Source: Squalus acanthias (lineage: Eukaryota). Taken from it: DNA of 64,000 nt. The notes beneath the pieces are model-generated. The model made no database searches, was not told the DNA's origin, and saw nothing but the letters and a program-made list of their open reading frames with translations. Where the stretch lies: the NCBI GenBank assembly GCA_030390025.1, contig CM059432.1:70000001-70064000 (forward strand), written 5' to 3'. This document shows, piece after piece, positions 52,385 through 64,000 of this stretch (its first letter is position 1; each line of letters starts with the position of its first letter). The position numbers and the translations under genes are program-made.

Positions 52385-53379
52385 TAGGTAGGAAAGTGGG
52401 TGATAAAGCATTTGTTGCATAAGTGAGTTATATAGGCTTACCTCGCAAGTGTAAGTAACACCATTGTTCCCATAATCTGTTTGCTAGAACTCTTTACTTG
52501 TGTTTTCCTTTATGGCTGAGAGTGTAGTGGATATATAGGCCCGGGGTGGGCAGGATGAGTAATTGAATTCTTGCCCTTCTTCCTTTTTTTCCCCAGTTCA
52601 GAAGGCATGTAATACTGACTTTTCCTCTCTGCAAATATCTCTACACCTGGTATGTAAAATTATATGCATTACAAAACTGTACTATACATGTCTATGTGTA
52701 AATCCTTAATTATTTGATCTCCCTGTCCCTGTTGATTTTGAAAGTTATCTGAGTCTGACATAGAATGCTTACTGGGAATTTATTGAAATGACTTTCCTTA
52801 ACTTAAAGTTGCAGTCTTGCTATCCAACAGTTTGATGGTTGATCAATGCAACTAGGGTATTATTGAGGCTGTTGCCTCTTATGTACATTTTGTAACTTGA
52901 GGGATTTTGTTTCATGCAACCCAAATAATCCTTGCTTTCAGCCAAAGATTATTATAGGTCTGATGTTTTAGAAAATTGCATTGCCCACACTCAACTTCTA
53001 TTGTGCATTTACTTATTTGTTTAAAATATTGTCACCATTCCAGTCATGGCAAATATTTTTTTTTAAATACCTCCATGTCCTGCCCACAGAGTGTGCGGTC
53101 CCAGGGAATGACAGTATGCATGTTTGTGCCTGTGGTAAGTTCCCAGTGTCAGTGGTGCCACCAGGGAAGTGTTGAGCACAGGATAGTCGCCTTTCTACAG
53201 GGAACCAGGAAAACTTTGAGGTCGAGTCATCAATGGACACTCCTGGGCACCTCCTGACCACAGAAACATTGGGAGTGATCTGGTGTGTAGCATGGGGCTA
53301 TCTAATGGAAGGAAAGGGAAGGAATAACCTTAAAATCCTTGCAAAATTGCTTGTTTCTTCTGCAATTTCCTCTTTTCTT

Positions 53380-53740
53380 CCCTCTGAGAGTGGTGACTTG
53401 TGTCATGATGCAGTTTCATTAGGGCAAAAAGCCCTCCAGCATCTTGTCCAAGCACTAATTCTTCATGCAAGAATATAGATTGTGAATGTCAGCAAGCTAT
53501 TTTTTTGTCTTTTGGGGACTTTGCAACCAAGCCTGTTCATACCCTAACACAATACCCACATATATGTACTTTCCCACAGAGTTCACCGGATAGCAATCAG
53601 GAACAAGAACTCTCCCCTTCCTAGGCCAGGATGCTGAGACTAGGTGTAGTACTTGGGATGTGTTCAGATTGCTCAGAGAGCAGGTAACTTGGTAGGGAAT
53701 GAACTTTGTACCTTGTGCTGCATTTACCCCCTCAGCAGGA
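53380..53740 (-). repeat. Old SINE-like repeat
   Basis: Similar to 57520-57880 and to the reverse complement of 37260-37570. Confidence 0.45.
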
Positions 53741-54381
53741 TTATTCTCTGTGATTCTTAATTAAAGAACCTTAGCAAGTACATATCCTTTATGCCTTTCA
53801 GTAGCATTATTGGGAAAATGAAACAGGATCACAACTTATAGAATTTTATTTTGCTGCCTTTGATAATTTAAGGTTTTGGAAAATTTGAACAGTGGTGACC
53901 CAGGATTGTTCTGAGGCAGCAATTGAAGGCAAAGAGAAGTGATTAGTTCCATTCTTTAGGACAAAGAGGGTTGTGACATTTTCTATGGAAGGAAGAAATA
54001 ATTGTCACAAGGCTGTGGTAGTGCAATGGTTTTAGGTGCACAATTCTGCTGAAAGACGAATCTGGCATTTACACTGAACTTTCCCCCATAACCAGAAACC
54101 AATTAATATGCACAGCAGACCTGCAGGACCCAATGACTGAAAATAGGAATATGCTGCAACTGTTAGTGCTTCAGGGTACAATTTCTTAAACTTATACAGT
54201 ATCTGGTTCTGTCTTCCTTAGGAAAACAGGATGTATATGCGATGAAATGAAACAATTACAGATTCTTTTCCATGGTAACATTTGAGCTGTATTTTTTTAA
54301 GTCAAAAACAAAAGTCCTGTTTCTGATGTTCTCAAAGAAGTGTCATTTTAATTTTGATACTGTGCATTGTATTATGTCATA

Positions 54382-55805
54382 GGGGGCGATTTTCCCAATG
54401 GAGGCGGGTTTCGGTTTGGGTGGGTTCCAAACTCGCCTCCACTGAGAGGTGGAAAAGAATTGTGATTTTCCCCTAATTGGCAAGTTGATTTCAGAGGTGT
54501 GGGTTCCCCTGGGCCAATTAGTGTTTTGGGACTGAAACTCGCCTCTGTTGACGTCACTTATCCAGCTTCATTTAAGGGCTGCTTGCTGCATTGGCTCATT
54601 CCACTGGTTTTTGGTCGATGCTGCACCACCTCCAAGCTGTTATCTCCTTGAAGAATGGCCAGCTCCAAGGCAAGGGCCTCCCCGAGGTTCTCGGATGAGG
54701 CGCTGGGTATGCTGGTTGAGGGGGCGAGAGCTAGCAGGGAGGTGCTCTTCCCCTCATCTGGGAGGAAGAGGCCTCCCAAAGAAACCAAGGCTGTGTGGGT
54801 CCAGCTGGCAAGGGATATAACCTCCAAATCTGTGTGCAGATTGGGTGATTGTTTCTGTTTATTGATGAAATGCCATCCCTGTGGAAATGTATTAAAATAG
54901 GTGATGGCAAACTGTTGGCGTGATGGCATCTGCTATTTTGGCTTAGGCAGCGCCACATTGCGGGTTCCGCGACACTTGCATGGTCAGGTTGGTGGTCAGA
55001 GTGAAAGGAGGCCAGAGAATCATGTCCATTGTCTATCATGTGTTAAGAAGGAGCCAAGCACATGTGCCACAATGGGCAAACTATGCAAATCTGGCCAGGA
55101 TGAGTGCATTCCTTGCACGATGTGCTTCCATGCGCTGGCGCCTTCTGCCCTGTGCAGCATCAGGTGGGTGAGCAGGAGGTTGGCGCTCCTGCTGCTGTTG
55201 CTGCTGAGTTGCCTGGTTCTGCTGCTGCCGTGGCTGCTCTTCATCGGAATCTGAGGTCCATGGTGAAAGGAAATAAATGGTTTCCATGCTGCTGGCAGAT
55301 ACCTCCGTTGGGGAAGCGCTCAGTCCAAGCGGGGAGAGGGTCTTCCAAGGAGGTCCCACAGTTGAGAGATAGAAGCTGCAGCACCTCAGACTTCGGTAGG
55401 CCTGCTAAAAGTGCTGAAAGACCTTTGGAACAAAAGTTCTGCCACCTGCAACTGATCCCTGATGAAAGCTCCGTTTTAATGGTGGAGCTGCAGCTATGAG
55501 GAGGCCACCCACTTGTCAACCCGCGAGGTTTAGCTGGCGTGGTTTAGGAGGGTCGTGCAACATGCTGAAAATGTGGTAAAATAACAAAGGCCTGTCAAAA
55601 TAGGATTATAGAGGCCCTTAACTACTATTTAAGGGTCTTAACTACCTCTCCCAACTGATGGAGGCGGGACCGAATCGCACCCATCAAACCCGCCTCCGGC
55701 AAAATTGCGCGGAGGCGGGTTGGAGGCAGGTTCCAGACCTGCCCTTAGTTTTTGCTATTTTGCCAACTCCAAACCCGCCTCCTCGGGGCTGGGAAAATTG
55801 CCCCC
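54382..55805 (+). mobile_element. Internally deleted Harbinger element with TSD ATA and a Myb exon 1 remnant (54655-~54840)
   Basis: ATA|GGGGGCGATTTTCCCA ... TGGGAAAATTGCCCCC|ATA. MASSKARASPRFSDEALGMLVEGARASREVLFPSSGRKRPPKETKAVW. Confidence 0.9.
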
Positions 55806-56399
55806 ATATAGCTCAATATTAGACTTTATGGTGACAGTGCATTGCATAGAATTTGCTGTCTACTTGAAAGCAATTTAAACAATCCCAGATATGGAGAAGT
55901 TTCTTCCTCTAAGGCCTTACTTTGAATACAAGTTGAATGAGGCTATCTGTTAGCCTGTGCCAACTTTGTTAGAAGCTTTACAGTGTTATTAGTATTATTG
56001 GTTGGGGGAAATGGCCATCTATAAATTTCTAGAAAAACATCTATTCCCTTTTTTTTTATTAAATCAGGATTTGTAACTTGTTAGTGAAAGGTTTTAATGT
56101 AACATTAAAATTGAATGTTTTGAAGAGAACGCTTATGGTGAAGCCAGTCGCAGGCGACATGCAGTTCAAATGTACACATTGCACTGAAATGTCTGAATGC
56201 ATCACTTGTATCGAACTGAGAAACAAATAGTGCAGTGATGTACAGTATGGAAGCACTATTGCCCTGTGTCAGGAGTGGTGAGAAACAGGTTCCATTCCCT
56301 CTCCCTTGTGATCTCAGGTTTGACTATGTGGGAAGACCCCAAACCAGATTGATTACCTTATATCTTGAGGCAAAGTTGCTCCTTTTGGAGCTGATGATT

Positions 56400-57092
56400 G
56401 GCGCAGTTTATTTTTATCTGATGGTGGGCCTGGGGCATCCTCGGTCCTGGCAGCTGTGGGCCACTCCACCTTACAAACCCAAATCGGGATGGGCGCTGAT
56501 GAAGCTGCAACAGGCAGGCAAAGACGATTTTAATGGCCAGACCTCTTTAGCATGGCATTTGCTGACATACCGACCAAAATAGCCAGGAAGTCAGTGGGAA
56601 TCGGCTACTTGCCCGTTAAAATTAATGGCAGGAAGTACTGCCAAGAACCCAGGGGCACAGGCCACGGCACAAGGTAAGTGCTCCAGGAAGGGTATCCCGG
56701 TTGGGCGAGGAAACCCAGGGCAGGGAAGGCCCAAGGTTTCCTTGTGGGGCCCAGAGGAGCACTCCTGGCCCTCCTGGTCCACAAGGAAACGAACCAAAAA
56801 ATATAAAAACTTACTTTTCTGGGGATCTGCTGGCCCTGGGTGCTGTTCCCAGCAGGTTTGGCCTGGCGAGGAAGCCACCACTTCTCCCCCACTCCGGCCT
56901 CAGGTAAAAATGGCAGATTAGACCCTGATGATGTCATCAGAGCCCGATCTGCATATTTAAAGAGGACCCCGCCGGCTTGGACCGAATGTACTTGGCGCTT
57001 GCAATTTAAAATTACAATCAGCCAGAATGGGGCGGGAAAGAAGTAGTTATGGCCCACTCTCCATTTTAACTGCCCCCGCCTGGTTTCCACCC
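56400..57092. mobile_element. GC-rich non-autonomous element, probably Harbinger-related (resembles 22580-23160)
   Basis: GC-rich island with gatgatgtcatc followed by atttaaagagg. Termini not clearly resolved. Confidence 0.35.
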
Positions 57093-57107
57093 TTATAGAC
57101 CCCTTAG

Positions 57108-57500
57108 TGTCAGCTTGGCTCAGTTATTGGCAAGCTCATCTTTACTTCAGAAAGTTGGGGGTTTAACCCACACTCTAGGAAATGATCACATAATCCAGGC
57201 AGATATTTCTGTGTGGTACTGGTTAAAGATGCCATCCCTTGGCTGAGACATTCAACTGTGGCCGACTTGCACTGTTCAGGTGATCGTTGAAGAATCCAGG
57301 CGGTCTCCTAGTCAATATTCTTCCCTTGTGCCACCAAAAATAGATTAACTGATCATTCATCTCATTACTGTTTGTGGAGCCTCGCCATGCACAGGATGGC
57401 TGCTATATTCTTTTATGTAGCAACCATGACAGTAATTCATGGTATGTGAAGTGCTTTGGGATACATGATAAAGTGCTATATAATTGCAAGTTCTTTTTTC
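57108..57500 (+). mobile_element. DeuSINE-like tRNA-derived SINE (SacSINE1/AmnSINE1 superfamily)
   Basis: tRNA-like head tggctcagtt, Deu-like block gctgagacattcaactgtgg...gttgaagaatcc, and L2-type tail gtgaagtgctttggga...aagtgctatataattgcaagttcttt. Family assignment is from recall. Confidence 0.6.
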
Positions 57501-57519
57501 CTCTCTTATGCCATCCGTT

Positions 57520-57880
57520 CCAAATCATACTCGGCTATGGTTCCACAGGTGCCAACCGCCCTCCACTACCTCACCCAAGTGGTCCTTCTTTATGTGTGAA
57601 CTTAGACAGTGAGTGTCATCAGGCTATTGATGAGGCATCATAGATGAATACAATCTTGTCCTCACCCAACAATTGTACATGCAGAATAAGAGTCAATGCA
57701 CAACAATCAGAAGTACAAACTTAATTTTTCCCCTCCCTAGGCTTGGTGCGCTATGCTCAATTGTAGCACCTGATCTGCTGCCCTGATTGAGATCAACTAA
57801 CTTGATGCAGAATAGGGATGAAACCTGGGACTTTCTGGGATTGTATGGTGCAGTGCTACATTTACTTGTTCAGCCATTTG
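57520..57880 (-). repeat. Old SINE-like repeat
   Basis: Reverse complement resembles 37260-37570 and 45050-45330. Confidence 0.5.
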
Positions 57881-59489
57881 AAGAGCTAAGGGATTTAATC
57901 TGATGCTTTTGGTGATTTCGCCAGCGACTACGGAAAGTTTGTTGAATAGATAAATGTTTTAGAAGATTTTAAAATGTAACTCTGGCGAGAGCCTTGCTGA
58001 AAAACAGATTACAACCTAGGAATTCTGAACTGTTTTTGACAAAGGATTTGTGTATTCTGGGTGAGGAGGGAAACTTAGGGCAGATCCTGTTTCCACTAGA
58101 GTTCTACCCCTCTCTGGCATCATTGCAAGTTTTAGACCGAGTGGGGGTTGGGCAATTTTTCTGTCCACCATCCTCACCCCCCACCCCCCACACCCCCCCC
58201 TCCCCCCCACCGTGTTTCTGGCTACCGTCAGTAGGAAAATCTAGTCCGATGTTTCTATATAAAGTTGATCTCTCCAACAATATCAGAATTCTTACTTACA
58301 GGAAGATCTCACCAACTATTTAATGAAAGCACATATCCATAGTATCAAGTACCCCACAGTTCATCTTTATAACGTTATCTATAAAGTGAAAATATATCTG
58401 AAGTAAACGTTTGTTGCTTGCTTAGAGCTGGCATTAACTGTTCTTTGAAGATCATTTATTGCAGTTCTCATGAGATTATGAAGTTGGGTTATACAATGCC
58501 GGTGATGAAATATATGTGGAATTGGGTAATGCCACCATTGGATTTACTTTAACAAGAAGCTATAATAAAATAAATTTTTACTAGCAAGTAGAAACCTCAA
58601 TTTCTGTGTCTCAGCAGACAGTTTAAATTTCTTTTTAGTTTAAAAGATACAAATTTAGAAGTCACTGCAATAAACAAGAAGTACCATACGACAACAATCT
58701 TTTCTAGTTACAATATTGCACTATGTCTGTAACATTAATAATGCTTATCCCTCAAGTCGAAGTTGACTGGATCTCCAGAAGCTTCTCAAGCCCACTGGTG
58801 CTTCCACTGATGACCCTAATACAGGGGTAACAGATGGGAGAGCTGTCCTGTTTTAGATCACAAGAATGGCCAAATTGCACATTTTTAGAGGAACTGGTAG
58901 CTTGCCAATATTGTAGCAATTTTAAAATGGTTTCTGTAGTTGCATTCTGGGGGAGTTTGCCCTCTGTCTTTGTTTCTCTGTGTTGGGGATGATGGGGAAG
59001 TCCTCTCTGAGGACAAATGGTCTAACTGTTTCCTTAGACTGGTATGAGAATTGGATATTATGAGAAAAAGATCTGAGATGTCTGTCTCAATTTACCAGAC
59101 TTGCAGATAAAGATCTGTGAGTATGGTTACCGGTGAAATCCTTACTCGATAGATGGGTCTTTCACTGCAAGAAATATTTCACAGTGGGTTAGCTTTGATT
59201 AATTGCGAATTATGTTTTGTTTTTGTGTCCGGATGGATCAAAGGAATAAGAGATCTTTAACTGGGAACGGAGACTTTGCTGGCCAATTAAGCTTTTATTG
59301 TACAGCAAGGCTAACAAGGATCTCTGTGAAGTATCTCTCACGCAAAACTTTACATCAAGGACACGGGCAAAATGTTAACTGCAAAAGATCCTTGACTTTT
59401 ATTATTTTTAAATTGTTTGAATATAATGCTGAGAAATCAAGTATTCCATTACCCGGCCCTAGCCCTGAACTCGCATATTTGCATATTTC

Positions 59490-61125
59490 TCTCCTATCTC
59501 CCCTCATGCCCTCTCTGAGCTAATCTTGTCCATGAGATCCATCTCTTGCTCTCTCGACCCTATTCCCACTAATCTGCTGACCATCCAACTTCCCTTCCTG
59601 GCCCCCACGGTAGCTGATATTGTTAACAGTTCTCTCTCCTCTGGTACTGTTCCCCTCCCCTTCAAATCTGCCGTTATTACCCACCTCCTCAAAAAAGCAC
59701 CCTTGACCCCTCTCCTTGCAAACTACCACCCCATCTCCAACCTTCCTTTCTTCTCCAAACTCCTTGAACGTGTGTTGTCGCCTCCGAAATCCATTCCCAT
59801 CTCTCCCGCAGTTCCATATTTGAAACACTCTAATCAGATTTCTGCGACAGCACTGAAACGGCCCTTATCAAAGTCACAATTGATATATGTGACTGTGACC
59901 ATGGTGCACTATCCCTCCTCATCCTTCTCGACCTGTCTGCAGCCTTTGACATGGTTGACACACCATCCTCCTCCAATGCCTCTCTTCCGTGGTCCAGCTG
60001 AGCGGGACTACCCTCGCCTGGTTCCACTCTTACCTATCTAATCATAGCCAGAGAATCTGCTGTAATGGCTTCTCTTCCCGCCCCTGTCCCTGCACCGTTA
60101 CTGCTGGAGTCGCCCAAGGATCTATCCTTGACCCCTCCTATTTCTCATCTACATGATGCCCCTTGGTGACATCATCCAAATATATAACGTCAGATTCCAC
60201 ATGTACTCCAACGACACCCTGCTCTAACTCACACCACCTCTCTCGACTCCCCCCGCTCGCTCCCCCCCCGCCACCCCCCCACACACACACACACACACTG
60301 TCTCTGATTTGTCACGCTGCTTGTCCGACATCCAGTATTGGATGTGCAGAAAATTTCTCCAATTAAATATTGGGAAAACCAAAGCCATTGTTTTTGGCCC
60401 CTGTCACAAACTCTGTTCCCTAGCCATTGATTCCAACCCCCTCCCTGGCCACTGTCTGAGGCTGAAACAAAATGTTCACAACCTCGGCGTCTTATTTGAC
60501 CCTGAGCTGATCTTATTACCCCATATCCTCTCTATCACTAAGACTGCCTACTTCCACCTCTGTAATATTTCTTGTCTCCGCCCCTGCCTCAGCCTATCTG
60601 TTGCTGAAACCCTCATCCATGCTTTTGTTACCTCCAGACTCAACTATTTCAATGCTCTCCTCTCAGGCCTCCCATCTTCCACCCTCCATAAACTTCAGCA
60701 CATCCAAAGCTCTGCTGGCCCTATCCTGACTCATACCAAGTCCTATTCACCCATAACCCCTGTGCTCACCGACCTATATTGATGCACGATCCGGCAACGC
60801 CTCAAATTTAAAATTCTCATCCTTCTGTTAAAATCCATCCATGGTCTTGCCCCTCCCTATCTCTGTAACCTTCTCCAGCCCTACAACCCTCTGAGAACTC
60901 TACGTTCCTCTATTTATGGTCTCTTGTACATCCTCGATTTTTTGTCCCTTCCATGGCTAGCCGTACCTTCAGCTGTCTAGGCCCTAAACTTTTGAATTCC
61001 CTCCCTAAACCTCTCCACCTCTCTACCTCCTTTAAGACACTCCTTAAAACCTACATCTTTGACCTAGCTTTTGGTCACCTATCCTAATATCTCCTTATGT
61101 GGCTCAGTGTCAAAGTTTGTCTGAT
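59490..61125 (+). mobile_element. L2 LINE ORF2 RT region and 3' part, decayed
   Basis: SCSLDPIPTNLL, N.SLSSG.VP..FK.A.I..LLKK, NYHPISNLPF.SK.LE, N..KT..I.F, ETLIHAFVTSRL.Y.N.LL.GLP, ITPVL..L. These are L2-clade motifs. Confidence 0.9.
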
Positions 61126-61700
61126 AACATAAGAACATAAGAATTAGGAGCAGGAGTAGGCCATTTGGCCCTTCGAGCGTGCTCTGCCATTCAGTAAGAT
61201 CATGGCTGATCTTCTACCTCAACTCCACCTTCCCGTACTATCCCCATATCCCTTCATTCCCTTAGTTCTCAAAAATGTATCGACCTCAGTCTTGAATATA
61301 CTCAACGACTGAGCAGCCACAGCTCTCTGGGGTAGAGAATTCCAAAGATTCATAACTCTTTGAGTGAAGAAATTTCTCCTCATCTCAGTCCTAAATGGCC
61401 TACCCCTTATTCTGAGAATGTGACCCCGTGTTCTAGATTCCCCAGCCAGGGGAATTTCTTCACTCAGAGGGTTGTGATTCTTTGGAATTCTCTGCCCCAG
61501 AGGGCTGTGAATGCTGATTCTTTGAGTATATTCAAGGCTGAGATAGATAGATTTTTGGACTCTAGGGGAATCAAGGGATATGGAGATGGGGCGGGAAAGT
61601 GGAGTTGAGGTCGATGATCAGCCATGATCTTATTGAATGGCAGAGCAGGCTCAGGGGGCCGTATGGCCTACTCCTGCTCTTATTTTTTATGTTTCTTATG
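61126..61700. mobile_element. Two CR1 3' ends fused head-to-head with tails pointing outward
   Basis: Minus copy 61126-~61453 with (aacataag)n. Plus copy ~61451-61700 ending tttatgtttcttatg. Confidence 0.9.
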
Positions 61701-61829
61701 AAATTATTCCATTCAGGTCACACTGCAGATGGGTGTCAGCTTGAACAGTCACAAGGTCAGTAGAGATGCAAAATCTTATCCCATACCTACAACCGCAAAG
61801 TTGTTGCATTTGAATGTCAGCCATGATTC

Positions 61830-62165
61830 AGGGGCGTTTTTAAAGCTCTCCACCAATGAATACAAATCATGTCGTCCAGCAACACGTCTCCTTGAACCTG
61901 GCCTGTTTCTGACAAGTCGGGAAACAGGAGCCAGAAGCCCAAAAATGGGAAGCCACTATGAAAATAGGATTAGCAAGGCAGTTAACAGCCTTAACTACCT
62001 GTCCCACAGGTTCCAGTCGGGTCAGTTTGGGAGCGGCTAACCCGACACTCACGAAAATCGGGTGGGGGCGGGATGGAGGCGGGTTGGGTGTCTGAAGCCA
62101 TTTTTCCGATTTTTGCAACAGACCCGCCTCCAAACCTGCCTCCTCAGGGCTATTAAAATTGAGCC
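61830..62165. mobile_element. Harbinger-type end fragment (family of 54382-55805)
   Basis: The right end aaacctgcctcctcagggctattaaaattgagcc resembles 55771-55805. CCCGCCTCC motifs. Confidence 0.55.
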
Positions 62166-62179
62166 ATTTGTGTCTGTCT

Positions 62180-63843
62180 TTATGGAAGAAGACACAAAAA
62201 CTTCCCAGAAATAGTGGAGAACCAATTGTCTAGCGAGAATGAGGAACTGAAAGAAATTAGTATTAGTAAAAAAATAGTACTGGAGAAATTAATGGGACTG
62301 AAAGCCGAGAAATCCCCTAGACCTGATGACCTAGATCTGAGGGTTTTAAAAGAGGTGGCTATAGAGATAGTGGTTGTCATTTTCCAAAATTCCATAGATT
62401 CCAGAATGGTTCCCACGGATTGGAAGTAGCAATTGTAACCCCACTATTTAAGAAAGGAGGGAGAGAGAAAACGGGGAACTACAGACCAGTTAGCCTGACA
62501 TCAGTAGTAGGGAAAATGCTAGAATCTATTATTAAGGACATGGTAACAGGGCACTTAGAAAGAATAATAGGATTGGGTAGAGTCAACATGGATTTATGAA
62601 AGGGAAATCGTGTTTGACAAATCTGTTAGACTTTTTTGAGGTTGTAACTAGTAGAATAGATAAGGGGGATCCAATGGATGTGGTGTATTTTAGATTTTCA
62701 GAAGGCTTTCGATAAGGTGCCACACAAGAGGTTATTAAACAAAATTAGGGCTCATAGGATTGGGGGTAATATACTAACATGGATTGAGGATTGGTTAATG
62801 GACAGAAAACAGAGAGTAGGACTAAACGGGTCATTTTCGGGTTGGCAGGCAGTAACTAGTGGGGTACTGCAAGGATCAGTGCTTGGGCCTCAGCTATTCA
62901 CAATCTACATCAATGATTTGGATGAGGGGACTAAATGTAATATATCCAAGTTTGCTGATGATACAAAGCTGGGTGGGAATCTAAGTCATGAGGAGGTTGC
63001 AAGGGGGCTTCAAGGGGATATAGACAAGCAAAGTGATGGAATATAATGTGGAGAAATGTGAAGTTATCCACTTTGGTAGTAAAAATAGAAAAGCAGAGTA
63101 TTTTTTTAAATGGTGAGAGATTGGGAAATGTTGGTGTTCAGAGGGACCTGGGTATCCTTGTACACGAATCACTGAAAGTTAACATGCAGGTACAGCAAGC
63201 AATTAGGAAAGCAAATGGTATGTTGGCCTTTATTACAAGAGGATTTGAGTATAAGAGTAAAGACATCTTACTGCAATTATATAGGGCCCTGGTGAGACCG
63301 CACCTGGAGTATTGTGTACAGTTTTGGTCTCCTTACCTAAGGAAGGATATACTTGCCATAGAGGGAGTGCAACGAAGGTTCACTAGACTGGTTCCTGGGA
63401 TGGGAGGATTGTCCTATGAGGAGAGATTGAGTAGACTAGGCCTATATTCTCTAGAGTTCAGGAGAATGAGAGTTGATCTCATTGAAACACGCAAGGTTCT
63501 TACAGGGCTTGACAGGGTAGATACAGGGAGGATGTTTCCCCTGGTTGGGAAGCCTAGAACCAGGGGTCACAGTCTCAGAATAGGGGTCGACCATTTAGGA
63601 CTGAGATGAGGAGAAATTTCTTCACTCAGAGAGTGGTGAATCTTTGGAATTCTCTACCCCAGAGGACTGTGGAGGTTCAGTCATTGAGTATATTCAAGAC
63701 AGAGATCGATAGATTTTTGAATATTAAGGGAATCAAGGGATATGGGGATAGTGCAGGAAAGTGGAGATGAGGTAGAAGATCAGCCATGATCTTATTGGCT
63801 CGAAGGGCCAAATGGCCTACTCCTGCTCCTATTTCCTATGTTC
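62180..63843 (+). mobile_element. CR1 LINE RT and 3' end
   Basis: ORFs 62214-63609 with CR1 RT motifs and a tail cctatgttct. Confidence 0.93.
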
Positions 63844-63844
63844 T

Positions 63845-64000
63845 TTTTATCTTTTCCCACCAAAGTGGATAACTTCACACTTCCCTACATTGTATTCCAT
63901 TTGCCATGTTTTTCCCTACTCAGTCAACCTGTTTATATCTCTCTGAAGCCTCTTTGCATCCTCCTCACAGCTTACTTTCCCCCCTAACTTTGTATCATCA
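63845..64000 (-). mobile_element. CR1 RT fragment
   Basis: Matches 90-240 and 38690-38840 (ccaaagtggataac...ctttgtatcatca). Confidence 0.85.

Larger units (their letters stand above)
6952..64000 (+). other. XKR4 intron 1 (runs beyond the window)
   Basis: GT donor at 6952. No recognisable XK-family exon 2 peptide in the ORF track or sequence downstream. Confidence 0.7.

Noticed and set aside
6952..64000. XKR4 exon 2 or another host gene within the window
   Set aside because: No XK-domain continuation or other recognisable host protein appears. The remaining short ORFs are antisense to repeats or look random.

Overview
This is vertebrate genomic DNA, most likely from a shark or other cartilaginous fish (inferred from the repeat families). 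The only host gene is XKR4 (XK-related phospholipid scramblase). Its GC-rich first coding exon lies at 6294-6951 on the + strand, and the rest of the window appears to be its very long intron 1. As given, the exon carries a 3n+1 frameshift near 6850. Much of the remaining sequence is transposable element. It includes several CR1-type LINE families, a second CR1/Jockey-group LINE (called 'LINE-B' here), an L2, several SINEs (one DeuSINE-like), Penelope-like terminal repeats and a Tigger/pogo-like MITE. It also holds a dense, multi-age set of PIF/Harbinger DNA transposons: one complete two-gene element (intron-containing Myb/SANT gene convergent with a DDE transposase, 33109-37244), partial copies, internally deleted copies and MITEs. 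The Harbinger set shares ATA/TAT or TCT target duplications, a CRE-like palindrome about 155-185 bp from a terminus, family-specific subterminal motifs and a conserved Myb intron structure. No prokaryotic systems are present. All calls come from reading the sequence by eye, without database searches, and many element boundaries are approximate.
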